The notes under the pieces: generated by a model | The model's database searches: none | Seen by the model: only the letters and a program-made list of their open reading frames with translations | What the model was told of the DNA's origin: nothing | NCBI GenBank assembly: GCA_951406725.2 | Contig: OX597824.1 | Location: 16,430,001-16,494,000, forward strand | DNA from: Octopus vulgaris | Taxonomy: Eukaryota | Reading direction: 5' to 3' | DNA: 64,000 nt | Shown here: positions 28,683 through 41,770 of the stretch, in pieces | Numbering within the stretch: the stretch's first letter is position 1 | How the letters are laid out: every line of letters starts with the position of its first letter | Position numbers and translations under genes: made by a program

Positions 28683-28828
28683 CTGTTATTGGAACTTACA
28701 CACCATGTACATGAAATTTTTTTATCACTTCTATACACCATTTTCCTCGAATAATGGAACTGCAATAACAATATCCTTATATATCTTATTTCTACTTTCA
28801 TTCTCTTATTTCCCTCTATAAGAGAATG

Positions 28829-28887
<59 letters not shown>

Positions 28888-28953
28888 CTGGAGTAAACAC
28901 ATAAATGTGAAACAAGGTGGAAAAAAGAGTACTCAAATACCAGGGGTAGAGTA

Positions 28954-29138
28954 ATATGCTTTATTTAAAAGCAGCAGAAATTCAACAAAATCTGATACTC
29001 GGAGTTTCATGTTCCCGTTCGTCGGACAGTTTTGTTAAAATTGAACCGATATGGCAATTCTATCAAGACTAGAACGGGAACGTGAAATACCGAGTACCAG
29101 GTTTTGTTGAATTTCTGCTGCTTTTAAATAAAGTATAT
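28954..29138. repeat. Inverted repeat, 67-bp arms, overlapping a hammerhead-like motif (28992-29029, minus strand)
   Basis: Arms 28954-29020 and 29072-29138. Minus strand: ctgt-CCGACGA-acg(ggaa)cat-GAAA-ctccgaGTA-tcag. Confidence 0.85.
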
Positions 29139-29143
29139 ACATA

Positions 29144-29560
29144 GCGCAGGAGTGGCTGTGTGGTAAGTAGCTTGTTTACCAACCACATGGTTCCGGGTTC
29201 AGTCCCACTGCGTGGCACCTTGGGCAAGTGTCTTCTACCAAATCCTCGGGCCGACCAAAGCCTTGTGAGTGGATTTGGTAGACGGAAACTGAAAGAAGCC
29301 CGTCGTATATATGTGTATATATATATATATGCGTGTGTGTGTTTGTGTGTCTGTGTTTGTCCTCTAAGATTTCCTTGACAACCGATGCTGGTGTGTTTAT
29401 GTCCCCGTTACTTAGCGGTTCGGCAAAAGAGACCGATAGAATAAGTACTAGGCTTACAAAAGAATAAGTCCCGGGGTCGATTTGCTCGATTAAAGGCGGT
29501 GCTCCAGCATGGCCGCAGTCAAATAACTGAAACAAGTGAAAGAGTAAAAGAGTAAAAGAG
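29144..29560 (+). mobile_element. SINE family A, full length
   Basis: Complete head, internal (TA)/(TG) tract, (aaagagta)n tail. Confidence 0.88.
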
Positions 29561-29574
29561 ATATATATACAGGA

Positions 29575-30040
29575 AGACTACGACAATGTCCCACACCGCT
29601 GGCTCTTTGAATGAGTCAGGACGTTCAGAGTCAATGAGGAAATAAACAACTTTTTGGAGAAAGCAATGAGAGTGTGTGGAGTAGACCTGACATGTGCAAA
29701 TGAATCGATGGCTAATGCCAGAATATTCAAGGACATTTTGCAAGAGGTTTCGCTTTCCCCATTACTTTTCGTCATTGTGCAAATCGCTCTGTCAATTATA
29801 CAGAGGACATCGAGTCTTGCCTTTGAACTTACCAAAGCCTAGATGAGAATAAATCACTTAATTTATATGGATGACCTCGAATTGTATACAAAAACGAAAT
29901 GAGACAGGCCTTGACTCTTTTGATCTAACGCATTGAGAGTGTTCAGTGAAACGCAGTTTGGAGTAAATATGTGCGCAGTACTAATTAGGATAGAGAGGCC
30001 GAAATGCAAACTTTGATGGCATAGAATTTCCAGAAGACAT
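29575..30040 (+). pseudogene. Old non-LTR reverse transcriptase fragment (RLE-clade-like)
   Basis: DILQEVSLSPLLFVI (QGDxLSPLLF) and INHLIYMDDLELY (YMDD), with stops. Confidence 0.75.
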
Positions 30041-30045
30041 CATTA

Positions 30046-30067
30046 GCTCCTCCTCCTCCTCCTCCTC

Positions 30068-30103
<36 letters not shown>

Positions 30104-30253
30104 TTATTATTATTACTACCACCATCACCACCACTACTACTACTACTAGTAAAAGTAGCTGTAGCAGCAGCAGCTGTAATAGTAGTAGTAGTATTGGCAG
30201 GAGCTGTAGCAGTAGTAGTAGTTGTAGTAGTAGTAGTAGTAGTAGTAGTAGTC

Positions 30254-30302
<49 letters not shown>

Positions 30303-30303
30303 C

Positions 30304-30367
<64 letters not shown>

Positions 30368-30370
30368 TAG
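30046..30370. repeat. (CCT)n(ACT)n followed by (AGT)n; self-complementary trinucleotide block
   Basis: Direct inspection. Confidence 0.9.
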
Positions 30371-30966
30371 TTTCTGTCATAGACAGAAAGCTTGGAATTT
30401 TGGGGCAGGAGCGTTAGTCAATATAACCATCCCCAAAAGTTAATTATTATATCTTTTTTTCTTTTTTTTTTCTTTTTTTGCACCCAAGGAGATTAAAAGC
30501 AAAATCAATCTCGGCTGAATTTAAACTCAAAATAGAAAAAGCCGGACCAAATGTCGCACACCATTTCTTTCGACGCCCCAAAATACCCGCCAGCTTGCTA
30601 CATGTGATAGCATTTAATTCAGACACAAGCTAGTAATTTTGAGCGTGGGAGCTGTCTATTACATCGACCAGAATGCTTGACCGATACTTACTTTATCGAC
30701 CCGAAAGAATGAGATGCAAAGTAGACCGTAATGAAATTTGGACTGATTGACTCTGAAACAATAACGCTTGGCGTTTTAACCGACGGGCCGACCATTTTGG
30801 CGGCTAACCGCTTTAATTATATCAATGATAATATTAATATTATTTTCTCCTGTAGGTTAAAAGTTTGAAATATTTTTAGTCTATTACATCAAGCCCAATG
30901 TTCGACTGGTAATTTTTTATCGACCCTCCCTCGAAAAAACGAAATATTATTATTATTATTATTATT

Positions 30967-31560
30967 GAGTGAGAGAGCAGTTCATGCCATCAAAGTGACA
31001 CTGGGGTAAAATATACGAAGCCCAATATACCCATCATGACTACCCGTCTGATAAGGGTACACCAGACACATGCATCACAACCATATGTGCGCGACATGGT
31101 GATCTCATATCAAGATAAACAGCACATGACCTTGCAGGTGGAGGCCCAGTTAGAAATTTCTTCAGGTTGAGTAGCCCATCCCGCTCAAAAGGTCCCTGAA
31201 TAAGGGTTGTTTAAGGATGTTGAAAGAACCACCCATGTTTCCAGGGGTGAATTATTCAAACCCCAAAGAATCCCTCTCAACACATGGCTATGATGCTCCC
31301 CCACTACTTCTGCTCGTGATCAGAGATGCACATATCGTCAGCCACTAAGGGACATGCTCAACTGGTTAAGGTCAAACAACTGACAAGCAAATCTGTGGTA
31401 TTGAGCAGAATATTTGCTGTAGCCCATCTTTTATACCAAGACAAAACAATGTACATGATAACACTTCCATTCAGTTAAGATCAGAAGTCATGAGAGTCAC
31501 TGCCTGGTACTGCATCAGGGCATTTATACTGCATCAGGGCATTGGTACTTATCAGGGCAT
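30967..31560 (-). mobile_element. Longest copy (~560 bp) of the (TAA)n-embedded non-coding retroposon
   Basis: Same fixed end as the other copies; the distal end (tactgcatcagggcat) is reiterated three times; no long ORF in the track. Confidence 0.8.
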
Positions 31561-31618
31561 ATTATTATTATTATTATTATTATTATTATCATCATCATCA
31601 TCATCATTAATAATGATG

Positions 31619-31694
<76 letters not shown>

Positions 31695-31774
31695 GAAGAA
31701 GAAGAAGAAGAAGAAGAAGAATCTGTGTGGTAAGTAGGCTGTTTACCAACCACATCTATCTATCTGTTTATCTG

Positions 31775-31840
<66 letters not shown>

Positions 31841-32387
31841 CATATATACACACACGCACATATACATAGATACAGATATATATGAATGTGTTTGTGTATG
31901 TGTATGTATATGTGTTTATCGCTATAAGGATATATATGTGCAAGTATGTATGGGTGAGTAAGGGTGTCTTTGTGTCTTTGCCTCTGTTCGCTGTCTGTTT
32001 TGCTTTTACTCTCCTTTAGACCACACTGTTACGCATCTCATGAAAAGTGCTGTGATTAATTCGCGTCTCTATACCGAGAAATGAATAAACATATATATAT
32101 ACACGTACGAGAGCGTGCCTTAACGCATGTGTGTATACTGGAGTGTTTTTGAATATCAGAGCGTGAATTCTCTGTTGTGTTTCGATTTAAATGGGAATAA
32201 ATCTGAGTAAAACCATGTTTTCTACATGTGTGAATATATGTGTTATTTTCTGTTTATTATGAGAATAAGCATGTTGGGAGAATCTGCATCAAAAAGTATG
32301 TATATGGAAAGATATATGCGAAGGTGTATTTTAACGCAGGTATTTATACACACATTGATATATCTGTGTGCAAATACTGATATCTAA

Positions 32388-32439
<52 letters not shown>

Positions 32440-33231
32440 GCGTATGTGTAAATACGTATATTTCGGCATATTATTTATATATGTTTGTTAATATATCTAC
32501 GCGTAAAAGTGTGTATTTATTCATGATGAATGTGTGTGAATTGCTTGTAAGTACGTAACTGTGTTAGCGCGCGTGTGTTGCTTCTAAGTGTGTGTATGCA
32601 CTTGAATAACATGTGAGTGAAAGTGTGTCTGTACATGTATGTATATTTGAATAAACACCAAGGAGAAAGTTGTTTATATTCCGTATGTGATTAAGTATAA
32701 TAATATGTATTCGAGTAAATGTCTAAGTGTAAAGGCTTATAGTTACGCATGTGTGTATTCGCTTAATGCGTATTATGCGCTGATCGTTACAGTAATTTAA
32801 GGGTGATTAATAATAAGATTTTATGTAAACACAATATATTTGACTTTCTCGTCTCCTACTCCAAACTGGCACCAGTGCACAATACCAGTTAAAATGGAAA
32901 CTTCTAAATGGATGTGCAACGCTAGATCTTTTGTTGATCACTGTAACTAAAACATATGCTCCGCCATATTGTCGCCATTCGCTTCCTTCGATTCCCACCT
33001 TGTGTTTACGTATCGCACTAAATACCCAATTGAAATCGCTCTGTCCGTTTGTGAAAACTATGAATAAATAAAATAATCGACTATTATTTTGTAGGACACC
33101 TCCAGACGATTTCTTGCTTTTGCCGGCCTCGCCACCAGCTTTATTAATCAGCAGCAACAACATCAGGATCATGGCTACCATTTTATAACCATCGCCATTA
33201 TCGTTCCCAACAATAATTTCATTATTATTGC

Positions 33232-33282
<51 letters not shown>

Positions 33283-33284
33283 CA

Positions 33285-33774
<490 letters not shown>

Positions 33775-34114
33775 TAGATGATGATCATTTCTTTTCAAGA
33801 TGTTAGTCTCTGATTTGGTAGAAACTGATATGTTTTAGCACAGAGGGCTCTCTTCCACGCGACCTGAGGAATTGTGTTGTTCAAATTGGTTCTTCCATCT
33901 TTGGTTTTTATTAGGGTCTATATACTGTTATATATCTTTGAGTTTTAACAGTGTGGAAGATACGAGTTTGGCGGGGAGGTGTTGTCTGTTTCTAGCTCGT
34001 AATATTTTTTGGAGATATCCTACCATTCGTCTTATGTGAAATTCAAGAATTATATACGATATCTTTAGATTTTGACGGCGTTATCTGAGTATGTTTATAT
34101 GTAGATGCGTGTAC

Positions 34115-34157
<43 letters not shown>

Positions 34158-34749
34158 GCTCTTCAAGATTGAAATTATATGATCCAAGCAAGAAAATGTG
34201 TCTTTATATTTGAAGGCGTAATGTGAACGTGTAACCATATGGGGGTGTCCGCTTGTGTGTTTGCGTCTATATGTATATCCGTGTCTGTGTGTGTGTGCGT
34301 ACTCGCGCCCATGTGTGTGTGTGTGTGCGTGAATATGTGTGTGTTTGTGCCATACGCTTCTTGACTGCAGTTATGAGATTTGAGGTAGATATGTTCTGAT
34401 ATACTGTGAGTAATTTGTTAGCGATTCGACTGCTAATTTTCTAGATCAAACTCTCCCGTAGGGACTCATTCGGCATCTCTTATTTTTCACGCTCTAGCTT
34501 GTATCTAATCCATCAGAACATTATTTAAAAGACAATGAAATCATAAATATCCTGTCTTTACATATGTTAAGCACTACACTGACCCATGTATACTTCCTTT
34601 TAAGACTGTAAGAAGAGTGATTGTAAGGTGCTTCCGGTGCTCTTTCTAGCAGTAAAAATGATCAATCAGATTAGATTTCATTGAGTAGATTCATGATAGA
34701 GAAGCGTTCCCGCCATGACCATCGCATTTTACATAATTAAATAACTACT

Positions 34750-35260
34750 GGTCCTCCGTTGTATACGACGAGGAACGTTCAAGTTAATCCGATCAACGGA
34801 AGAGTCTGCTCTTGAAATGCATGTGCAAGCGGCTGAGCACTGCACAGACACGCGCATCCTTAATGTTGTTTCCAGGGAGATTCAGCTGGACACAGAAGGG
34901 GACAAGGCTGGCCATGTGAATTACTGGTACGACTAATTTTTTGCCTGCTGAGTGAACTGGAGCCCCGTGAAATGAATTCTCTTGCGCGTGTACACAACCC
35001 GCTACCGTGAATCGAACGTCAGTCGCTACACACATCTGTCTCTTAAACGTAATTGATAAGTAGTCACAGCGTGACACATTATGATAAAGGATTGGATATC
35101 CTAATTACAGGTATGGACTATCAGAAAATTTCTTACCTAGTTTCGGTGTATCCAATTGCGCTTAGAATTTTGGGTCGACATGCGCTTATCGTAAAAGACA
35201 CTTCCACGACGATACATAGTGGGATCGAAACGGCGATCTCGTGATTGTAGAGTGAATTAG
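34750..35260 (-). mobile_element. Diverged family C-related SINE pieces
   Basis: ctccgttgtatacgacgagg...gatcaacgga is the reverse complement of the tail at 49320-49385; gggatcgaaacggcgatc is head-like. Confidence 0.55.
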
Positions 35261-36105
35261 CCAATGCGGAGTCTATAGATACATACACACCAACTCATAT
35301 ATAAATGTGCGTACGTGTGTGTGTGTGTATTTATCCATGTACATATTTTCGTGTGTGTCCATTATGCGTGTGTATGTGTGTGTGTGTGTCCGTGTGTCTG
35401 TGCGTGTGTGTATGTGTGTGTATCTAATGTAAACGACACCTTATACAATTGAATAGTGAAATGCTAGAATTTTCGCTTCTCTTGCAATATCGTGTCCGAT
35501 ACCTCATTGTTCTAAATCCATATCCCATAGGAATATATCTGACATTCATTTTCTTGCAGTCGATTAAATAATTATGAAAATCTGAAAGGAAAAATCTCAA
35601 CCAGATAGATGCTGGTACTTAAATGTTCTATCATTATATAAAACACTCTGTTTCACTCTTCAGTCTCTCTTCAATACTTTGCGAAATCCGTCACCAAAAA
35701 ACCTAGAGATAAAATTATCTATCGATCGTTCATGGATAGTTTTATAGTATCGTAGCTCCTGGCACCCGTCTTCAAACAGAATATTCTACTTAGCCACGTA
35801 AATAGATATCGTATCACTTGTGTCCCGAAGAGCAAGCTTTTAATATTTCAGTCTTACTTAGACATAAGAAATTTGACGTGTAACCAAAAACCACGGCTTT
35901 CTTTCTGCTCTGTGATGACGTGTCAGCGCAGCTCCAGATTGTCCAACAAATATGGTATAATTTATACGCTCGCTAATTTCAAAGCAATTATTGACAGACC
36001 TCCTTCCCTCCCTCACGTTTCATTTTGGCATTGTTGCAGTTGTTGTTGGTGTTGTTGTTTGTTTTGTTATTATTATTATCATTATCATCATCATCATTAT
36101 TATTA

Positions 36106-36194
<89 letters not shown>

Positions 36195-36197
36195 ATA

Positions 36198-36277
<80 letters not shown>

Positions 36278-36284
36278 TATTATT

Positions 36285-36790
36285 GTGTGAGAGAGCAGTG
36301 CATGCCATCAAAGTGACACTGGGATAAAATATACAAAGCCCAGTATACCCATCATGACTACCCGTCTGATAAGGGTACACCAGACACATGCATCACAACC
36401 ATATGTGCGCGACACGGTGATCTCATATCAAGATAAACGGCGCATGACCTTGCAGGTAGGGCCCAGTGAGAATTTTTCTTCTGGTCGAGTAGCCCATCCC
36501 GCTCAAAAGGTCCCTGAATAAGGATTGTTTAAGGATGTTGAACGAAACACCCATGTTTACCAAGGTGAATTATTCAAACCCCAAAGCATCCCTCTCAACA
36601 CATGGCTATGATGCTCCCCCACTACTTCTGCTCGTGGTCAGAGATGCACATATCATCAGCCACTAAGGGACATGGTCAACTGGTTATGGTCAAACAACTG
36701 ACAAGCAAATCTGTGGTATTGAGCAGAATATTTACTATAGCCCATCTTTTATACCAAGACAAAACAATGTACGTGATAGCACTTCCAATC
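36285..36790 (-). mobile_element. (TAA)n-embedded non-coding retroposon, 5'-truncated copy
   Basis: Colinear with 30967-31470; flanked by (TTA)n. Confidence 0.85.
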
Positions 36791-36824
36791 ATTATTATTA
36801 TTGTTATCATTATTATTATTGTTG

Positions 36825-36895
<71 letters not shown>

Positions 36896-36979
36896 CATTA
36901 TTGCTATTGTTGTTGTTATTGACTTGACTGGGGTTCGGTTTTATTCTTGTTAGATTTTATGAGGATAGCGAGTTACTAG

Positions 36980-37125
36980 TTGTAACCTTAAGCATCCACT
37001 AGCTGTCAATAGTCTTTCAAGTGCTTAAGCCCTTCCTGATGATCCTTCCTGTCCCTAAGAGGGAATCAGGAGGGTCCAAGGCACTTAAAACACTATTGAA
37101 AGCTAGTGGATACCTAAGGTTACAA
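36980..37125. repeat. 146-bp fold-back element (MITE-like hairpin)
   Basis: 45-bp outer arms with 5 mismatches; inner pairing tcctgat/atcagga. Confidence 0.85.
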
Positions 37126-37186
<61 letters not shown>

Positions 37187-37227
37187 CAACAACAACAGCA
37201 ACAGCAATAACAATAACAACAATAATA

Positions 37228-37367
<140 letters not shown>

Positions 37368-37379
37368 AAGAGGTATATT

Positions 37380-39162
37380 AGAAGAGGAATATTCCAGGGA
37401 GACATGCTCTCTCCACTCCTTTTCTGCTTGGCACTGTCACCTCTATCTGATATGCTAAATAGAACTGGATGCGGATATAAATGTTACGGCAAAACGATCA
37501 GCCACCTTTTATATATGGATGACCTAAAACTATACGCTGCAAATGACAAACAGCTGGAAACACTATTAAAGACAGTTCATGGATTTACCAAAGAAATAGA
37601 TATGAAATTTGGATTAGAAAAATTCGCCAAAGTAACCATGAAAAGAGGAAAACTAGTTAAGAGTAACAACATCACACTAGATAAAACCAATGAAATAAAA
37701 GAATTAGACCAAAGCCAAACTTACAAATACTTAGGAATCCATGAACTAGATAAGACAACACACACAAATGAAAGAGAAAATAAAAAAAGAATATTATAGA
37801 CGAGTTAGATCAATACTAAACACAGAGCTCAATGCTAAAAACAAGATAATAGGTATCAACACTTTAGCTGTCCCAGTTATAAGTTACAGCTACAATATCC
37901 TTAACTGGACACGAAATGAACTGACCAAAATAGATAGGAAAACAAGAAAAATAATGACAGGATCTAGGATGCATCACCCAAAATCTGACATAGAAAGACT
38001 ATATATACAACGTATAGAAGGTGGTAGAGGCCTTATACAGCTAGAAAACTACTATAAAATAACCACCATAGGACTGCAAAAATATCTACTTCAGAAGCAA
38101 AGAAAACTGATCCAGATAGCGGCAAAACACGAGCAAAACAAAAAACTGTTCTCAGTATTTAAGGAAGCTGACAAATACAAACAAGAAATCATACCACCTA
38201 ATAAACATGAAGAAGAAGAAGAAGATGAAGAAACAACAAAAGCTATAAAACAAATGAAATCCAAACTAAAAATAGAACAGCAACGAACCATGATAAAACG
38301 ACGGCAAGAAAAGCCCCTTCATGGTAAATACTGCACTAAACTAAACGCAAAAGAAATAGACAAAGAAAAATCCCAGCAATGGTTGAGAAGCTCAGGACTC
38401 AAAGCAGAAACAGAGGGATTTTTAATTGCAGCACAAGACCAAAGCCTCCCCACCAGAAATTACCAAAAACATGTAATGAAAAGAAATATTACAAGTAACT
38501 GCAGAATATGTGGAGATGGACAAGAAACAATAAATCATATTATCTCTAGCTGCCCAGTCCTGGCTAAGAAGGAATATATTCACAGACATGACAGAGTTGG
38601 AACCTACATACATTGGAAGCTATGCCAACATTATGGAATAACAACAGAAAAAAGATGGTATAGGCACACACCAGAAAAGGTCACAGAAAACGAGAAAGCA
38701 ACCATACTCTGGGATATGCCGATACACACAGATAGAGAAATTAAGGCCAACAGACCAGATATAGTTGTCAGAGACCATGAAGAAAAAAATGCTTTCTAAT
38801 TGATGTATCAATACCGGCTGATGACAACGTGTCTCTAAAAGAAATGGAGAAACTCTCAAAATACAAAGACCTGGAAATAGAGGTAACTAGAATGTGGAAT
38901 CTGAAAACAGAAACAATTCCTATCATAGTAGGTGCATTAGGCATGATAAAAAAATATTCAGACAAATACATAACAAAAACACCAGGACTTACAAACACAT
39001 ATAACATACAGAAAATTGCACTACTAGGGACTGCACACATCCTACGCAGAACACTTTCCATACAATAACCATCAGAGCATCACAACAAATCACAGCACAT
39101 ACCCAAGGCACACAGAGCTGCGCTCGGTAGTGAAGTGAAAGCACGCTATAAAAATAAAACTA

Positions 39163-39165
<3 letters not shown>
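37380..39165 (+). mobile_element. 5'-truncated R4/Dong-like non-LTR retrotransposon (RT plus restriction-like endonuclease)
   Basis: GIFQGDMLSPLLF, HLLYMDDLKLY, YKYLG, GGRGL, CCHC knuckle CRIC-x8-H-x4-C, RHD, RPDIVV...IDVS...KYKDL. Two frameshifts (~37765, ~38790), stop at 39068, ends in (AAT)n. Confidence 0.93.
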
Positions 39166-39245
<80 letters not shown>

Positions 39246-39285
39246 TAATATAATAAAAATGCAGGTATAATCATTTTTATTATTG

Positions 39286-39642
39286 TGAGGGTCGACTGAA
39301 ATGTTCCTAATCTGAGCAAGACACTCTCAATGGAATGTGACCAAATGAAGTTCATTTTCTAACACAGTTCCTCTTACTGTCCACACACTTCCATTAGACG
39401 TTGCAGTGCTTGGGTCGCACTGGTGAAGAAGCTTTTCTGTTGATCAAAATGGTCATCAACAACAGATAAGATGTTCTCATCATAGTGATACTGGTGCTTA
39501 GCTGAATGTTTTCTATGTTGGGAAACAGATGATAACCAGAAGGAACCAAATCACTAACATAGGGAGGATGATCAACCAGTTCAAAGCCAGTCACACACAG
39601 CAACCATTGAAACCAAGAACTTGTGTGCTGAAGCATTGTCCT
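39286..39642 (-). mobile_element. Mariner 3' fragment
   Basis: DNASAHK and FELVDHPPYVSDLVPSGYHLFPN on the minus strand; truncated by the satellite. Confidence 0.8.
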
Positions 39643-39644
39643 AC

Positions 39645-41770
39645 AATTTTCCATGAAGTTTTCGGCCAAATTTCCAGGAAGTTAGAAAATCCTCGGAACT
39701 TCCCATGACGTTTTCGACGAAATATCCAGGAAGTTAGAAAATTCCTCGGAAATTTCAATGAAGTTTTCGACCAAATTTTCAGGAAGTTAGAAAATCCTCG
39801 GAACTTCCCATGAAGTTTTCGACGAAATATCCAGGAAGTTAGGAAATCCTCGGAACTTTCCATGAGGATTTGGACGAAATTTCCAGGAAGTTAGGAAAGC
39901 ATCGGAACTTTCCATGAAGTTGTCGACGAAATTTCCAGGAAGTTAGAAAATCCTTGGAACTTTCCATGAAGTTTTCGATGAAATTTCCAGGAAGTTAGAA
40001 AATCCTCGGAACTTTCCATGAGGATTAAATTTCCAGGAATTTAGAAGACCCTCGGAGCTTCCCATGAAGTTTTCGACGAAATTTCCAGGAAGTTAGAAAA
40101 TCCACTGAACTTTCCATGAAGTTTTCGACCAAATTTCTAGGAAGTTAGAAAATCCTCGGAACTTCCCTTGAAGTTTTCGACGAAATATCCTGAAGTTAGG
40201 AAATCCTCGGAACTTTCCATGAAGTTGTCGATGAAATTTCCAGGAAGTTAGGAAATCCTCGGAACTTCCCATGAAGTTTTCGTCGAAATTTCCAGGAAGT
40301 TAGAAAATCCTCGGAACTTCCCATGAACTTTTCGACGAAATATCCAGGGAGTTAGGAAATCCTCGGAACTTCCCATGAAGTTTTCGATGAAATATCCATA
40401 AGTTAGGAAATCCTCGGAACTTTCCATGAAGTTGTCGATGAAATTTCCAGGAAGTTAGGAAACCCTCGGAGCTTCCCGTGAACTTTTCGACGAAATATCT
40501 AGGGAGTTATGAAATCCTCGGAACTTCCCATGAAGTTTTCGTCGAAATTTCCAGGAAGTTAGAAAATCCTCGGAACTTGTCATGAGGATTTGGTCGAAAT
40601 TTCCAGGAAGTTAGATAATCCTTGGAACTTCCCATGATGTTTTCGACGAAATTTCCAGGACGTTAGAAAAGCCTCGGAACATCCCATGGAGTTTTCGACG
40701 AAATATCCAGGGAGTTAGGAAATCCTTGGCACTTTCCATGAAGTTTCGACCAAATTTCCAGGAAGTTAGAACTTCCCATCAAGTTTTCGACGAAATATCC
40801 AGGAACTTAGGAAATCCTGGGAACTTTCCATGAGGATTTGGACGAAATTTCCAGGAAGTTAGGAAATCATCGAAACTTTCCATGAAGTTGTCGATGAAAT
40901 TTCCAGGAAGTTAGGAAATCCTCGGAGCTCCCCATGAAGTTTTCGTCGAAATTTCCAGGAAGTTAGAAAATCCTCGGAACTTCCCATGAACTTTTCGACG
41001 AAATATCCAGGGAGTTAGGAAATCCTCGGAACTTCCCATGAAGTTTTCGATGAAATATCCATAAGTTAGGAAATCCTCGGAACTTTCCATGAAGTTGTCG
41101 ATGAAATTTCCAGGAAGTTAGGAAATCCTCGGAGCTTCCCGTGAACTTTTCGACGAAATATCTTGGGAGTTATGACATCCTCGGAACTTCCCATGAAGTT
41201 TTCGTCTAAATTTCCAGGAAGTTAGATAATCCTTGGAACTTCCCATGAAGTTTTCGACGAAATTTCCAGGAAGTTAGAATATCCTCGGAACATCCCATGG
41301 AGTTTTCGACGAAATATCCAGGGAGTTAGGAAATCCTTGGAACTTTCCATGAACTTTTCGGCGAAATATCCAGGAAGTTAGGAAATCCTCGGAAATTTCC
41401 ATGAAGTTTCGACCAACTTTCCAGGAAGTTAGAAAACCCTCGGAACTTCCCATCAAATTTTCGACGAAATATCCAGGAACTTAGGAAATCCTCGGAACTT
41501 TCCATGAGGATTTGGACGAAATTTCCAGGAAGTTAGGAAATCATCGAAACTTTCCATGAAGTTGTAGAACTTTCCATGAAGTTTTCGATGAAATTTCCAG
41601 GAAGTTTGAAAATCCTTGGAACTTTCCAGGAAGTTAGAAATTCCTCGGAACTTTCCATGAGGATTTCGATGAAATTTCCAGGAATTCAGAAAATCCTCGG
41701 AACTTCACATGAAGTTTTCGACGAAATATCCAGGAAGTTAGGAATTCCTCGGAACTTTCCATGAAATTTC
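39645..41770. repeat. Satellite with 52-bp unit, about 41 copies
   Basis: Consensus gaactttccatgaagttttcgacgaaatttccaggaagttagaaaatcctcg; cctcgg recurs at 39744, 39796 and 39848. Confidence 0.97.

Noticed and set aside
31440-31525. HDV-like ribozyme at the 5' end of the TAA-targeted element
   Set aside because: Only a weak P3/L3-like segment and no convincing P1/P2; needs a descriptor search.
32807-33181. 124-aa non-repetitive minus-strand ORF
   Set aside because: No recognisable domain, and its length is compatible with chance.
39645-41770. Possible CRISPR array
   Set aside because: Units are contiguous and homologous along their whole length, with no unique spacers and no cas genes, in a eukaryotic context.
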